DNA of 64,000 nt from Gemmatales bacterium (GCA_039809045.1 JBDHUG010000011.1:16556-80555); one strand, 5' to 3'. Shown: positions 1 through 10,226, counted from the first letter of the stretch. The notes: a model not told the origin generated them from the letters alone. Made by a program: numbers and translations.

Positions 1-2
1 GC

Positions 3-818
3 AATCCACCTTTTGTGATTTCACCAAAATCGCAGTTCACGTATCGCGATAGCGGTCAGCCTGGTGACGAGATCTGCCGCATGGTGGTTCAAGATGCTGC
101 GAGCCGCCTCAACGTTGGTGGTTTTGGTGTTTTGCTTGGCAATTGGCCATTCCATCCCAAGGGTGATTGGGCGGCTGAACCTAAAAAATGGCTGCACGAC
201 CAACAAGTCGATGTCATTGGTTTGCTCAATACACAAGCGGACCCCTTGGGCTACACCATGCACTGGCAAGGGCAAGAACATCAAACGGTCGAAAGCCTAG
301 CCAACACAACCTCCGAGTGGCTTGCTTATTTTAAGCAACGTAACATCCAAGCCATTGCGACCGGCAGCCTCATCGTTCGCAAACTCCATCAGGGCAAACC
401 CTTTTTCACTGGTTATGAAATTCCCGATGTTCAAGCTTCACCGGCGATTGGCCAGCATCTGTTGCGATTGTTCGCAGCACACGATCGCGTCCGGGACATA
501 CACAACGCTGCAACCTGGCTCAGCTTACGTGTCAAGCCGCACGCCGATCTGCAAATTGAACAAACCATAAAACCCATCCATCAATCATGGGAAATCGCCG
601 CCAGCCAGGCACGGCTGACCTCGGGACTCGCTTTTTCAACCCCGCTCAATCCCATCACACAGGGCTTGCTAATACTGGCCGGCCAGGAAAAGCTATCTGT
701 TCTCGAGATCCTTCACGAAGTTGCACGGAGTCATCATGTTGAGGTCGAACAAATCCAGCAACCCTGCATCGACGCACTTCAGTATTGGCTTCTCCATGGA
801 ATGATCGAGGTGATCTAA
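3..818 (+). CDS. Class I SAM-dependent methyltransferase (HemK/MTS-like), 5'-truncated by the window edge
   Basis: Frame is open from base 3 and reads N-P-P-F-V-I-S-P (NPPF motif), then YRDSGxxGD; the C-terminus is a small helical domain. Confidence 0.75.
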   Translation, partial: NPPFVISPKSQFTYRDSGQPGDEICRMVVQDAASRLNVGGFGVLLGNWPFHPKGDWAAEPKKWLHDQQVDVIGLLNTQADPLGYTMHWQGQEHQTVESLANTTSEWLAYFKQRNIQAIATGSLIVRKLHQGKPFFTGYEIPDVQASPAIGQHLLRLFAAHDRVRDIHNAATWLSLRVKPHADLQIEQTIKPIHQSWEIAASQARLTSGLAFSTPLNPITQGLLILAGQEKLSVLEILHEVARSHHVEVEQIQQPCIDALQYWLLHGMIEVI

Positions 819-863
819 TCTTGTATCCGCATGTCACTCAGGCTTCGCGGCAAGGAATCACTG

Positions 864-2090
864 ATGTTGAACCCGCTAAAAGTCCTCATCGGATTGATTG
901 TGGTTGTGCTGTTATGGCTTCCCTCTCTCAGCACCACGCTGAGTTGTCATGTTCCGCCCAAGCAAATCGTGCAGAACCTTGAACAAGCAACGAACTGGCT
1001 CGAACAAAAGTGTCAAGAACTGATACGGGCAGCCAGACGGCCGATGAATAATGGCGTGCAGGCATTCCTGCCGCAGGCAGGAAAAGGATACGATGCATTC
1101 TGGCTGCGGGATTATGTGTACATGCTCGAAGGCTGCGCAAACGCCTTTACTCCCGATGAGCTTCGACAGGCTTGCACCCTGTTTATTACCGCTGCACGGA
1201 CGGATGGAGCTGGTGTCGACTGCATCAAATTGGATGGCACGCCCATCTATAAACCTGGCTTCGGGACCATGGGCCAAAATCCCGTGGCCGATGGCAGCCT
1301 TTTCACGATCTCCTTAGCCTGGCACACGCACCAAATACTCCATGACAAAGCCTACCTGGCTGAAATGATTGATCGGTTGAAACACATCTTGAAAGCGGCG
1401 CCGCGCTCGCCGACGACTAAGCTGATCCATATCGCAACGACAGGTTATGATCGGTGTCCATATGGATTCATGGATACGGTGCATCAGCAGGGAGATATTT
1501 TCTTCTGTTCATTGTTGCTGGTTCAAGCCGAAACACAATTGGCCGATCTTATGACCATCGTTGGCCGAATCGATGAAGCTGAAGTATATCGTCGTGACGC
1601 TGAAAAGTTAATTTCACATATTCACCAAATCTTCTGGGATGCAGAAGCAGGCTTGTTTCGAGCTGCGACACATCGCTGCCGCGAACACGACCTATGGGGT
1701 TCTGCATTTGCCGTGCATCTCGGCCTAACGACATCTGAACAAACCGAGCGTATTGCCCAGTACTTGGTCCAGCATCATGGAGAAGTTTTTTACCGTGGTC
1801 AGTTGAGGCATTTGCCCGCAGGTGTTTATTGGCAGGAAGCTGGACCTCGAGATGCCTATCAAAATGGCGGTTTTTGGGCGACGCCCACTGGTTGGGCTGC
1901 GGTGACATTGCAGCGTGTGAATCCACAACTCGCAGAGCGAACGATCGTGTCTTTGGTCCAAGATTTCCAGTGCAACGGCGTAGCTGAATGGATTTATGAT
2001 AGCAAGCGTGCAGTGCCCAATTATGTCGCCAGCGTTGCCATGCCCTTGGCAGGCGCCCGACGGCTTATGCAGCTACGCACGAAAAAGTGA
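864..2090 (+). CDS. Secreted (alpha/alpha)6-barrel glycoside hydrolase-like protein
   Basis: Hydrophobic N-terminal signal; YDAFWLRDY and YQNGGFWATP motifs typical of six-hairpin glycosidases; alternative start at 831. Confidence 0.6.
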   Translation: MLNPLKVLIGLIVVVLLWLPSLSTTLSCHVPPKQIVQNLEQATNWLEQKCQELIRAARRPMNNGVQAFLPQAGKGYDAFWLRDYVYMLEGCANAFTPDELRQACTLFITAARTDGAGVDCIKLDGTPIYKPGFGTMGQNPVADGSLFTISLAWHTHQILHDKAYLAEMIDRLKHILKAAPRSPTTKLIHIATTGYDRCPYGFMDTVHQQGDIFFCSLLLVQAETQLADLMTIVGRIDEAEVYRRDAEKLISHIHQIFWDAEAGLFRAATHRCREHDLWGSAFAVHLGLTTSEQTERIAQYLVQHHGEVFYRGQLRHLPAGVYWQEAGPRDAYQNGGFWATPTGWAAVTLQRVNPQLAERTIVSLVQDFQCNGVAEWIYDSKRAVPNYVASVAMPLAGARRLMQLRTKK

Positions 2091-2197
2091 ATAAACAGCG
2101 ATTCATTGCGGGACCATGTTAGGAACTGTATGGCGTGCCGTCCGATAACCAAGTGCTTAACACGTTGATTCACACAGTATTCCAATGAGAACAATCA

Positions 2198-2809
2198 ATG
2201 CCTCGCAAGCAATTCCCCCAAGCGTCATTCTCAGTTCATCCATTGACACCAAGTCGCTGGCCCGATTTTGTAAAGCTCTTTGGTGCGAACGGTGCCTGTG
2301 GTGGTTGCTGGTGTATGCTCTGGCGATTGAAAAGAGCTGATTTTGAAAAACAAAAAGGCGCCGGCAACAAAGCAGCGATGCAGCAGATCGTCGCCGATGG
2401 GCTCATTCCTGGCTTACTTGCTTATGATCAGAATGAACCTATCGGTTGGTGTGCCTTGGCGCCGAGAGAAGACTATCCAGCCTTAGCACGCGCGCGGGTG
2501 CTGAAGCCCATCGATCAACAACCCGTGTGGTCTATCTCTTGCTTGTTCATTCACAAGAGCTATCGACGGCAAGGTGTCAGTGTGCAGTTGTTAAAAGCAG
2601 CGATTGAGCACGTTCGCAAGCATGGTGGGCAAATCATAGAAGGCTATCCCGTCGAACCCCAAAAAAACTCCATACCGGATGTATTCGCATGGACAGGGTT
2701 AGCCGCTTCGTTTCTTAAAGCAGGTTTTCATGAAGCTGGCAGGGGATCACCCACTCGACCGATCATGCGGTTTGTTATTCATAGCAAGGGTAGGTCTCGA
2801 TGTAAATAA
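2198..2809 (+). CDS. GNAT family N-acetyltransferase
   Basis: CGGCWC N-terminal motif, PIGWCALAPREDY, YRRQGVS acetyl-CoA loop, IEGYP. Confidence 0.85.
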   Translation: MPRKQFPQASFSVHPLTPSRWPDFVKLFGANGACGGCWCMLWRLKRADFEKQKGAGNKAAMQQIVADGLIPGLLAYDQNEPIGWCALAPREDYPALARARVLKPIDQQPVWSISCLFIHKSYRRQGVSVQLLKAAIEHVRKHGGQIIEGYPVEPQKNSIPDVFAWTGLAASFLKAGFHEAGRGSPTRPIMRFVIHSKGRSRCK

Positions 2810-2834
2810 GCCCCCATTCTCTAACGATTATTTC

Positions 2835-3060
2835 ATGCAAGCACGACAAGTATTCGCATCATGTCTTTATGCAGAAGACCTGAATGCCGTCCAAGCCTAT
2901 TACCAGAAAGTGCTCGGCTTGGAATTGTTTCAAGATCAACGATCGAAGCTAGCCTGCGTTGCAGCCAAAGTGTCGTTTTGTTATGTAATCCAAAGTGGAT
3001 GTTTGAGAAGTTGGTCCCATCAGCTGTTGTCGAGCAAATGGTTTTTGCTATGATTGCCAC
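2835..3060 (+). pseudogene. Frameshifted, truncated VOC/glyoxalase-family remnant
   Basis: One frame reads MQARQVFASCLYAEDLNAVQAYYQKVLGLELF; after ~2940 another frame continues SLRCSQSVVLLCNP, resembling the VOC segment FFRCGxxVLLLFNP; 3' end approximate. Confidence 0.55.
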
Positions 3061-3113
3061 ACCAATCGCGCGAAGGCGAGTTCCTTTCTCCATCTCATTT
3101 CAAGGAGTGTTCC

Positions 3114-3554
3114 ATGCGTCTTGTGTTCACCTTATGCTGTTTGATTGTTTGCTGCTGCTATGTAGAAGCCGAGGACAAAAAAGAAAGCCGCTTTGATGCT
3201 GCAAAGTTGGTTGGTAAATGGAAGATATCCGAAGGCCATAAGATGGGTGAAGCGCTGGAAAAGGAACGGCTGAACTCAGAAATCACGTTCACTAAGGATG
3301 AAATCCACATCCCAGCCGGCCCGGAAGGCAAGTTCATCATGTCCTACAAAATCAACAGCCAAAAAACTCCTATCGAAATTGACATGGAAATCAAAGATGG
3401 CCCGGTCAAGGAAGGCAAAGCATCAGGCATTATCGAACTAAAGGACGACACGCTTAAACTTTGCTACAACCCCATGGGTGATCGACCAACGAAATTCGAA
3501 TCCACCAAAGACAACGGGGCCTTTTACTTTGTCATGAAACGGGCTGGCAAATAG
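3114..3554 (+). CDS. Secreted TIGR03067-type (planctomycete lipocalin-like) domain protein
   Basis: Signal peptide; LVGKW, YKINxxKTPxEID, GIIELKDDTLKLCY and RPTKFES pattern. Confidence 0.8.
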   Translation: MRLVFTLCCLIVCCCYVEAEDKKESRFDAAKLVGKWKISEGHKMGEALEKERLNSEITFTKDEIHIPAGPEGKFIMSYKINSQKTPIEIDMEIKDGPVKEGKASGIIELKDDTLKLCYNPMGDRPTKFESTKDNGAFYFVMKRAGK

Positions 3555-3580
3555 CGATTGGCTAACTTCGGTCCGCCAAT

Positions 3581-3611
3581 ACCCCTAACGAGGAATAACA
3601 TCGTTGGGGGT
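3581..3611. terminator. Stem-loop between convergent genes, probable terminator
   Basis: ACCCCTAACGA / TCGTTGGGGGT inverted repeat with a 9-nt loop, between the stops at 3554 and 3615. Confidence 0.55.
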
Positions 3612-3614
3612 TAT

Positions 3615-4769
3615 CTATTTGTATCGGTCCGAACGAAGGTAATTCAGCGCCTGTTTAGCAATCGTTAGGGCGGCGTCTGGCTTCCCCAGCAATCGTGACC
3701 GCTTTTTCATGGTGGCCAGTCGCTCCGGATCATGCAGTAATTGTTCTATTTTCATGGGCAGTGTGGCCAGATTATTGATTTTGATTGCTACTCCATTTTC
3801 CAATAAATAATCGCTGTTGCGGCTCTCTTGTCCTGGGATCGGGTTGACGATGGCCATGACCGCTCCGCGGGCCAACGTTTCGGAGGTGGTCAAGCCCCCA
3901 GGCTTACTGACCACAATGTCAGCCATAGCCAACCATTCATCCATTTCTTTCGTAAAACCAATAATCTGTAAATGGTGATGCCGTGCAACCGCATTGCGTT
4001 CGAGTTGTTCCTTGGCTTTGGTATTACGGCCCGTGACTACCAAAATGGTGCAGGGAACCTCAATTTCCGTCAAACCATTGAGAATTTGTGCCATCGGACC
4101 GACGCCAAACCCGCCTGCCAACTGCAACAACACGGGCCGATTGGCTGGCCATTGTCGTTGCGCCATCAAAGCACCTTTGTCTTTGGGGCGAGCAAAGACA
4201 GGGTCGATGGGAATTCCAGAAACGACGACATCCTCCATCGGAACGCCCCAATGGTGCAGGTAAGCAGCGCCTTCAGCAGTAGCTGTGAAATAACGCTCAC
4301 ATGGTTGATTCACCCACAACCGATGCGTCTCAAAGTCGGTAGTAACCGTAAAATGCGGGATGTCCAATTGCCCTTTGCGTTTGAGGGATGCAACAATCTC
4401 TGCTGAAAGGAAATGGGTGTTGATGATCAAATCCGCGGACGATTGCCGTATGGCTCGGACAAACGGTCGCATGCTCATCTTCTCAACAAATAAACGGACA
4501 TCGTCCAATTTGCCCCGTTGTATCCCTTTACCCGGTGAACGGTCCAGCCGATCGTAAAAATACCCTAACACATGCGGAGCTCGATGGACTAAATCCAAGT
4601 AAGCATCTCCATAGACCCTGCGAAAACCGGCTGACGCCCATTCGAGAACGTCACGATGAACAACTTCTATGGTCGGATCGAGCTGCTGCAACGCCAACGT
4701 CACGGCTTCTGCCGCACGCATGTGCCCAGCGCCTACGGCTGCCGATAGCACCCATACCCGTTTTGACAT
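3615..4769 (-). CDS. MGDG synthase/UgtP-like GT28 glycosyltransferase
   Basis: GAGHMRAA, IINTHF, VTTDF, SKPGGLT and PGQESRN motifs; AGGAG upstream of the ATG at 4769. Confidence 0.85.
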   Translation of the reverse strand: MSKRVWVLSAAVGAGHMRAAEAVTLALQQLDPTIEVVHRDVLEWASAGFRRVYGDAYLDLVHRAPHVLGYFYDRLDRSPGKGIQRGKLDDVRLFVEKMSMRPFVRAIRQSSADLIINTHFLSAEIVASLKRKGQLDIPHFTVTTDFETHRLWVNQPCERYFTATAEGAAYLHHWGVPMEDVVVSGIPIDPVFARPKDKGALMAQRQWPANRPVLLQLAGGFGVGPMAQILNGLTEIEVPCTILVVTGRNTKAKEQLERNAVARHHHLQIIGFTKEMDEWLAMADIVVSKPGGLTTSETLARGAVMAIVNPIPGQESRNSDYLLENGVAIKINNLATLPMKIEQLLHDPERLATMKKRSRLLGKPDAALTIAKQALNYLRSDRYK

Positions 4770-4956
4770 GTTTGCTCCTGATAGCACACCGATGCATGGA
4801 ATGGCGGTTTAGGCTGTGTTCATCATATGCCTCCAATGCATTCTCCAGCACTTCAACATTGAAAATTCACAGTCCCTATAGCCTTTCGCCCGCGGGATGA
4901 TACTCTGACAACGACGAGCTAATTGAAAGTCGTCTATACAGCCGTGGAGCCTACCC

Positions 4957-5544
4957 ATGACCGATATGCGAAGCCATGCTATTTTGGGTGTTATTCCTCC
5001 CAGCGTGGCTGAAGCCATGATAGCATGGCGCGTACCCTCTTTGGCAGCCCGTCGAGGGGTGGCCCAATTAGTGGATCGAATCCAGGGATTGGCCCGTTCG
5101 TTGTTTATGTCCACGATTCGCTTGCCGCTTTTGTTGTCTATTCTGATCATCATCCCCGTCACGCTCATCTGTTTGGGCATTGCCATGGCCGCCTGGCTCT
5201 TGGCAGCACCTTTTTACTTTCTGCGCGTCTTGCCCTTTATGGGCAAACGCTATTTGCTCACGAATCAACGGCTGGTCATTCAGAAATATCCCGCAAAGGG
5301 CATTCAACCCATTCAGGAAATCAAATTGACGGACATCCGCAGTGTTAAGACCGTCGCAGGCTCGGAAATGCCCTTTTATTTATCAGCCGATCTCGAAATC
5401 CTGGGGGAAGGGGACAAAAAGTTGATGGTGCTTGAAGGTGTCCCAGAATTTGAAAACTTCAAGTGCAATATCGAAGATGCCTACAAAGCCTGGGCGCGCG
5501 AAATGCCGAAAGAACAGCTCTTCCCGGCCTCCGCTTTGAAATAA
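4957..5544 (+). CDS. Membrane protein with a bacterial PH-like domain
   Basis: Hydrophobic hairpin followed by RYLLTNQRLVI and an IxLxDIxSV...ADLEI...LEGVP pattern. Confidence 0.6.
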   Translation: MTDMRSHAILGVIPPSVAEAMIAWRVPSLAARRGVAQLVDRIQGLARSLFMSTIRLPLLLSILIIIPVTLICLGIAMAAWLLAAPFYFLRVLPFMGKRYLLTNQRLVIQKYPAKGIQPIQEIKLTDIRSVKTVAGSEMPFYLSADLEILGEGDKKLMVLEGVPEFENFKCNIEDAYKAWAREMPKEQLFPASALK

Positions 5545-5615
5545 ACTTTCTCGTTATTGCCAAGCTACAGTACAACACAAAGCATTTGCCCCGATGCTAC
5601 ATCGGGGTTTTCTTT

Positions 5616-6536
5616 TCAAGTCATGTATAACCATCGACTGAGCGCCCAAGCCGGGATTGCACAGATCATCAACACCCATGCGGTCGCACCGATTACGATG
5701 AAAGCCAAGATCGTGTCTAAGCCAATCAAGCCAAGAATGGCCCATTTAATGGATTGCTGCGTTTTGGTTGGCTCTGTTGCTAACGCCTTGCGCCAAACCC
5801 ATACGGTGAGGTAAGCGCTAAATGCCAAGACCATGAGCAGGGTTACAAACATCTGCTGAGCTGCCCCAGAAGCTCCTGGAGCAATCCACGGAAGAAGCAG
5901 TACCAAGAGCAAACTTGTGACCATCACGCCAATCCCCAGAGGGATCAGTCGGCCACCGGATTCGTTGGCTTCATCTTTTGCCATGAGCGAAACACCAGCG
6001 ATATACATGCCCACGATCAGTGCTGCATACGCAGCGAATTGATTCCAAAGTTGGGTATCGGAAGCACCCAGCAAAACGTTCCATGTTCGGCACAGACCCA
6101 TAACCCATGGGCCGAACCAATAAGCTTTCAAGCCGAAATTGTAAGCAACAATGCTAATGGCTAAGGCACCACCAGCAATGCAAGGTCCGGGGCCAACCCA
6201 CAGGGAATAAAATAAACACACAAGCAGGCCAATGGCCAGCAATCCCCAACCGATGCAACCAGCAGTCTTGCGCTGGACACGACCAGAAGGAATGGGCCGC
6301 AACGGTCGCTCTTTGGCATCCACCTGGACGTCTGCAAAATCATTGAGGGCCATGCCACTGGTGTAAAAACAACTGGAACAGAGCAACACAAGGCTGAACT
6401 GGCACCACGCATCCATGGAAGAAGGAAAACCTTGATGAGTAACAGCATAACCAAGCCCGATATCGGCCCATGCCGTAAAGACATTGGGCAATCGCACAAG
6501 TTGTGCCAACGCTCGAATATGTTCACGCCCTTGCAT
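5616..6536 (-). CDS. UbiA-family prenyltransferase (EboC/SCO3242-like)
   Basis: LVRLPNVFTAWAD, GMALNDFADVQVDAKERPLRPIPSG, MGLCRTWNVLLG; multiple TM helices. Confidence 0.85.
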   Translation of the reverse strand: MQGREHIRALAQLVRLPNVFTAWADIGLGYAVTHQGFPSSMDAWCQFSLVLLCSSCFYTSGMALNDFADVQVDAKERPLRPIPSGRVQRKTAGCIGWGLLAIGLLVCLFYSLWVGPGPCIAGGALAISIVAYNFGLKAYWFGPWVMGLCRTWNVLLGASDTQLWNQFAAYAALIVGMYIAGVSLMAKDEANESGGRLIPLGIGVMVTSLLLVLLLPWIAPGASGAAQQMFVTLLMVLAFSAYLTVWVWRKALATEPTKTQQSIKWAILGLIGLDTILAFIVIGATAWVLMICAIPAWALSRWLYMT

Positions 6537-6547
6537 CAGGCAAAGCC

Positions 6548-7399
6548 TCATTCCGCCAAGGAAGGCATCCACGCCAAAACACGCTCTCGTGCCGTGCGTG
6601 CAGCCAGATCTGGGTTTTCGATATAGGGATAAAGTTCAATGGTAACCCAGCCCCTATAGTTGACTCGCTGAAGCGCTTGCAATGTTTCCGCTAAATCAAT
6701 AGCCCCTTCACCGGGTACCAGATGATGATGCACCCGATTGTCGGCGATGTCTTCGAGGTGAACATGTTCGATGAGATGACCAAGTCGTTGAACGGTGTTT
6801 ACAGGATCATCCCCAACACAAAAGAAATGCCCGATGTCGAAATTCAACCCGATGGCCTGATGCTTAAAAGCGGCGTCGAAGCGTAGATACTGATCTGCGG
6901 TTTCAATCAACAAGCCCGGTTCCGGTTCCACCAATAGCTTCACACCAACACGGTGGGCGTGATCGGCCACGGGTGCTAAAGCTGCAATAAACATAGCCAG
7001 GCCGTCATCCCATGATTGACCAGCCGCCAAAGGGCCGCCTGGTTCGGTGGTAATGCATGGTGCACCCAATTCAGCCGCTAAATCCAGGGCCCTGCGGGTA
7101 TGATCAATACGCACTTGTCGATAATGAAGGTCTGGTTCAATCCATGATGGATGCCAATAGCGTTGACGAGCATCGTTCACGGCATTCATCATGAAGGCGT
7201 TGACGTTTGCAATGGCAAGTCCATTGTCGTTTAACGCAGCCATGATGGCTTGTTTTTGCTCGTTGAGCAAAAAGGCGGGCCAGGCATGGGGTACATCAGC
7301 CATGATCTCAATACCGCGATAGCCGATCTTCGCGATGCGTCGAGCAGCTTCGGGAAAACTGTAATGCAAATAGGCATTGCTACTGAAAGCCAAACGCAT
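6548..7399 (-). CDS. Sugar-phosphate isomerase/epimerase (xylose-isomerase-like TIM barrel)
   Basis: VEPEPG, NFDIGH, HVHLED, HHHLVPGEG and TIELY metal-binding motifs. Confidence 0.85.
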   Translation of the reverse strand: MRLAFSSNAYLHYSFPEAARRIAKIGYRGIEIMADVPHAWPAFLLNEQKQAIMAALNDNGLAIANVNAFMMNAVNDARQRYWHPSWIEPDLHYRQVRIDHTRRALDLAAELGAPCITTEPGGPLAAGQSWDDGLAMFIAALAPVADHAHRVGVKLLVEPEPGLLIETADQYLRFDAAFKHQAIGLNFDIGHFFCVGDDPVNTVQRLGHLIEHVHLEDIADNRVHHHLVPGEGAIDLAETLQALQRVNYRGWVTIELYPYIENPDLAARTARERVLAWMPSLAE

Positions 7400-7449
7400 G
7401 ATGGCCCTTACTTAAAAATGATGTCGTTAAGCAAACCGATAGGCTCATT

Positions 7450-8853
7450 TTATAAAGGTTTGGAACCTGTTTGCCTTGGTTGCGACTCTAACCGCTGACT
7501 TGGCTGAGGCTGGGCTGTTGACACACCTTTGGATTCGAAAGACAGAATCACCATCGCTAGAACAATCATGACAACAATCCCAGTCAGCAATGGTGTGGCA
7601 ACGCGCCGGCTCAACTCGGCTGGTTTGCATTGTACCAAGGTGGATGACATCAATGTGACAGCGGCTATCGGTGACATGGTCCGACCCGCAGCTGACCCGA
7701 TTGCAACAAGCCCTCCTACTGCAATAGGATCAACGCCCAATGCATGTGCTGGTCCCACAAAAAAGGCATAAAGGCTTTGAGTTGAGGCCATCCCCGATCC
7801 GCAAATAAAGGCAAAGCCCATCGGCAACAGCGTGGCCAATGGTATCAGTAGATGCGGAAACGCCAGGATGATGTCCTTGAGCACGATCGTCAGTCCACTC
7901 ACTTCAATGGCCTGACCAAAGCAACTGGCAACCACGATCAGCGAAATGATATGCGTATAGGCATAGCCAGCTCCCTCGAAGAAGCTGACGGCGGTTTGTC
8001 GGATGCTTTTCCGATCGGTGATGGCTGCCGCGACGATCCCCACCAGCATGGCGGCCCCGATAAGGCGTGCTTCATAGCCTTTCGTGCCTTGGGCCACCAG
8101 CCATTCATTTGGAATGTGAATCCAATTCAATGGCGGTCCCGAGAGAAACAGCAAAATCAGCGGCAGAACCGGAATGGCAGCTTTAATCCAACTAACCTTG
8201 AACCGTGGTTCCGTTTCATTTGTATTGCTTTGTTGATGCCATGGTTGTTTCCGTTCGCGCCACCAAATGACCAATGTTGCAACGACAATATAAACAAACA
8301 AAAAAGGCAGCAAGGTTTGAATGCAATCACGGGAGCCGATCTTTAATTCACGAGCGATGGTATTGAGTTCAGGTGCACCTGGGTTCATCAACTCGCCACC
8401 CATGGATGAACCTAATAAGAGCACAGCGCCAATCGATGCCATGGTCATTCCAGCCCGCTGCAGCAAAGGCACCATCACCGTGCCTAATGCTAATGCCGTG
8501 CTGGATTGACTGATGACGGGTGTGTTGACCATGAAGCCAATCAACACAGCACCTGGTATGAGGAACAAGCGGAATTGGATTAGAGTTCCAGTGAGGAGGT
8601 GGATTAAATGTTGATCACAGCCCGTCTGCTTCAGGACATAAGTGAATCCCATGGCACAGCATATGGGCACAATGAATTTTTCTTCAGCCAAAGTAGCAAA
8701 AAAAGTGTGCAAAACCGTTTCAGGCTTTCCACCGATGCTCGCCACGGCAATGGCCGCGACCATTAAAATCAACCGAACTTCCATCTGGCGCATGACCGCC
8801 CAGATGGCAAGGACGATGACTCCTAAGCTGGGCAACCAAATCCAATCATGCAT
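7450..8853 (-). CDS. dcuC: C4-dicarboxylate transporter, DcuC family
   Basis: About 12 TM helices; GCDQHL, GGELMNPG, CGSG and GRTMSPIAAV motifs. Confidence 0.75.
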   Translation of the reverse strand: MHDWIWLPSLGVIVLAIWAVMRQMEVRLILMVAAIAVASIGGKPETVLHTFFATLAEEKFIVPICCAMGFTYVLKQTGCDQHLIHLLTGTLIQFRLFLIPGAVLIGFMVNTPVISQSSTALALGTVMVPLLQRAGMTMASIGAVLLLGSSMGGELMNPGAPELNTIARELKIGSRDCIQTLLPFLFVYIVVATLVIWWRERKQPWHQQSNTNETEPRFKVSWIKAAIPVLPLILLFLSGPPLNWIHIPNEWLVAQGTKGYEARLIGAAMLVGIVAAAITDRKSIRQTAVSFFEGAGYAYTHIISLIVVASCFGQAIEVSGLTIVLKDIILAFPHLLIPLATLLPMGFAFICGSGMASTQSLYAFFVGPAHALGVDPIAVGGLVAIGSAAGRTMSPIAAVTLMSSTLVQCKPAELSRRVATPLLTGIVVMIVLAMVILSFESKGVSTAQPQPSQRLESQPRQTGSKPL

Positions 8854-10067
8854 CAGGCGGATCGAACCTTTTGGATGTACGCTTCGAGCATTTGGAATTG
8901 TCTGTAAAAGTCATGTTCCTGAACGCCCATGGGATTCTTAAAGAAGCAAGCCAGCGATGGCTGGATACCGTATTCTCCCCGACGTTGCACCAGGGCCATT
9001 AGCCGAACTAAGTCTATCACCAATGGAGCCGCCAGAATCGAATCGCAGCCTTGCCAGGTGAATTGCATGGTCATTTTCACACCCAAAAAACCTTGAAAGT
9101 GAATGTGATCCCAAGCCGTTTTCCAGTCATCAAGCGATTCGATATACTCAATCGAAACATGCGTTTGTGGTTGGTAGCCAGCGATGGCCGAAATGATTTG
9201 ATCTTTGGTTCGAATTTTGGACGCTTTGTTCGCGGGGTCGTTCAGAACCATGCCATCGCGATTGCCAAAAATGTTATGGCCAACCCAACTCAGTATCTTC
9301 AAATGGCGATGTGCGAACATGGGAGCCAGAACCGATTTGAGCAGTGTTTCGCCAGTCTTACCATCCTGACCAGCCAAAGGTACTTGTTTGGTATTGGCCA
9401 ATTCCAACGCAGCCGGGAAGGAGGCCCCCAGGGAAGGCGTGAAATTGATATAAGGCCATCCTCGCTCAATCACGGCCAAGGCATAGATAGAGCTGGCCGG
9501 CAAACTTGGTTGCTCACAAACCGCGCCAAGCTGAGCTTGCCAGCTTTCCCAATTGTGTTGTGCATCGTTTAATATTGCCGGTGGTTCCGTGGATGCCACA
9601 TTAACGACAATCACTTGATCCAAGCGATGCTGCCGTTGAAATGCATCGATGTCCGCTTGAATCAACGACATCCATTCACGAGGCGAACGCGGTTTCGATG
9701 CAGCATGCCAATTGAGCATTTCTTGGATGGTTTTACCACTTCCTAATGCAGTCCCAGGACGAATATTCTCCGTCCATGATTGGAGTTGATCACTACAGGA
9801 ATGGATCAAATCATGGCTAAAGATGCCTGAGCGAAGTTGCAGTTCTTGTAATACCGAAACAAAATGAGCCTGCCGAATGTCGTGGCCACCCAAAACGAAG
9901 GACGACGGCGGGTCCAGGTCGATACCGTTGAACAATGGCAACTCGGTCACGAGACCCACCGGGCTGCACCTATGCCGCTGCAAGGCTGCTAAACCCAGCG
10001 CGACGGTCGAACCCACACCACCTAAGGCACCGATGAGCCAGATTCCTATTTTTCTCGAGAAATTCAT
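8853..10067 (-). CDS. ino1: myo-Inositol-1-phosphate synthase
   Basis: IGALGGVG Rossmann motif, VVNVASTE, GQDGKTGETLLKS, NIFGNRDG, WQGCDSILAAPL, FFKNP. Confidence 0.9.
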   Translation of the reverse strand: MNFSRKIGIWLIGALGGVGSTVALGLAALQRHRCSPVGLVTELPLFNGIDLDPPSSFVLGGHDIRQAHFVSVLQELQLRSGIFSHDLIHSCSDQLQSWTENIRPGTALGSGKTIQEMLNWHAASKPRSPREWMSLIQADIDAFQRQHRLDQVIVVNVASTEPPAILNDAQHNWESWQAQLGAVCEQPSLPASSIYALAVIERGWPYINFTPSLGASFPAALELANTKQVPLAGQDGKTGETLLKSVLAPMFAHRHLKILSWVGHNIFGNRDGMVLNDPANKASKIRTKDQIISAIAGYQPQTHVSIEYIESLDDWKTAWDHIHFQGFLGVKMTMQFTWQGCDSILAAPLVIDLVRLMALVQRRGEYGIQPSLACFFKNPMGVQEHDFYRQFQMLEAYIQKVRSA

Positions 10068-10226
10068 ATACAGTCCTTCTGTTCCTTCGGCAGGATTGAT
10101 GCGCAGGCGGGGCATACCTCGATTTTAGCAAAACCGCACAAATGGAGCGCAGCACTCTTACACAAATCCTTGGATTTTTTTGCGTCGTTGTTCGTGTGCT
10201 GCGCCGTTTAAACCGTATTCCTTCCC

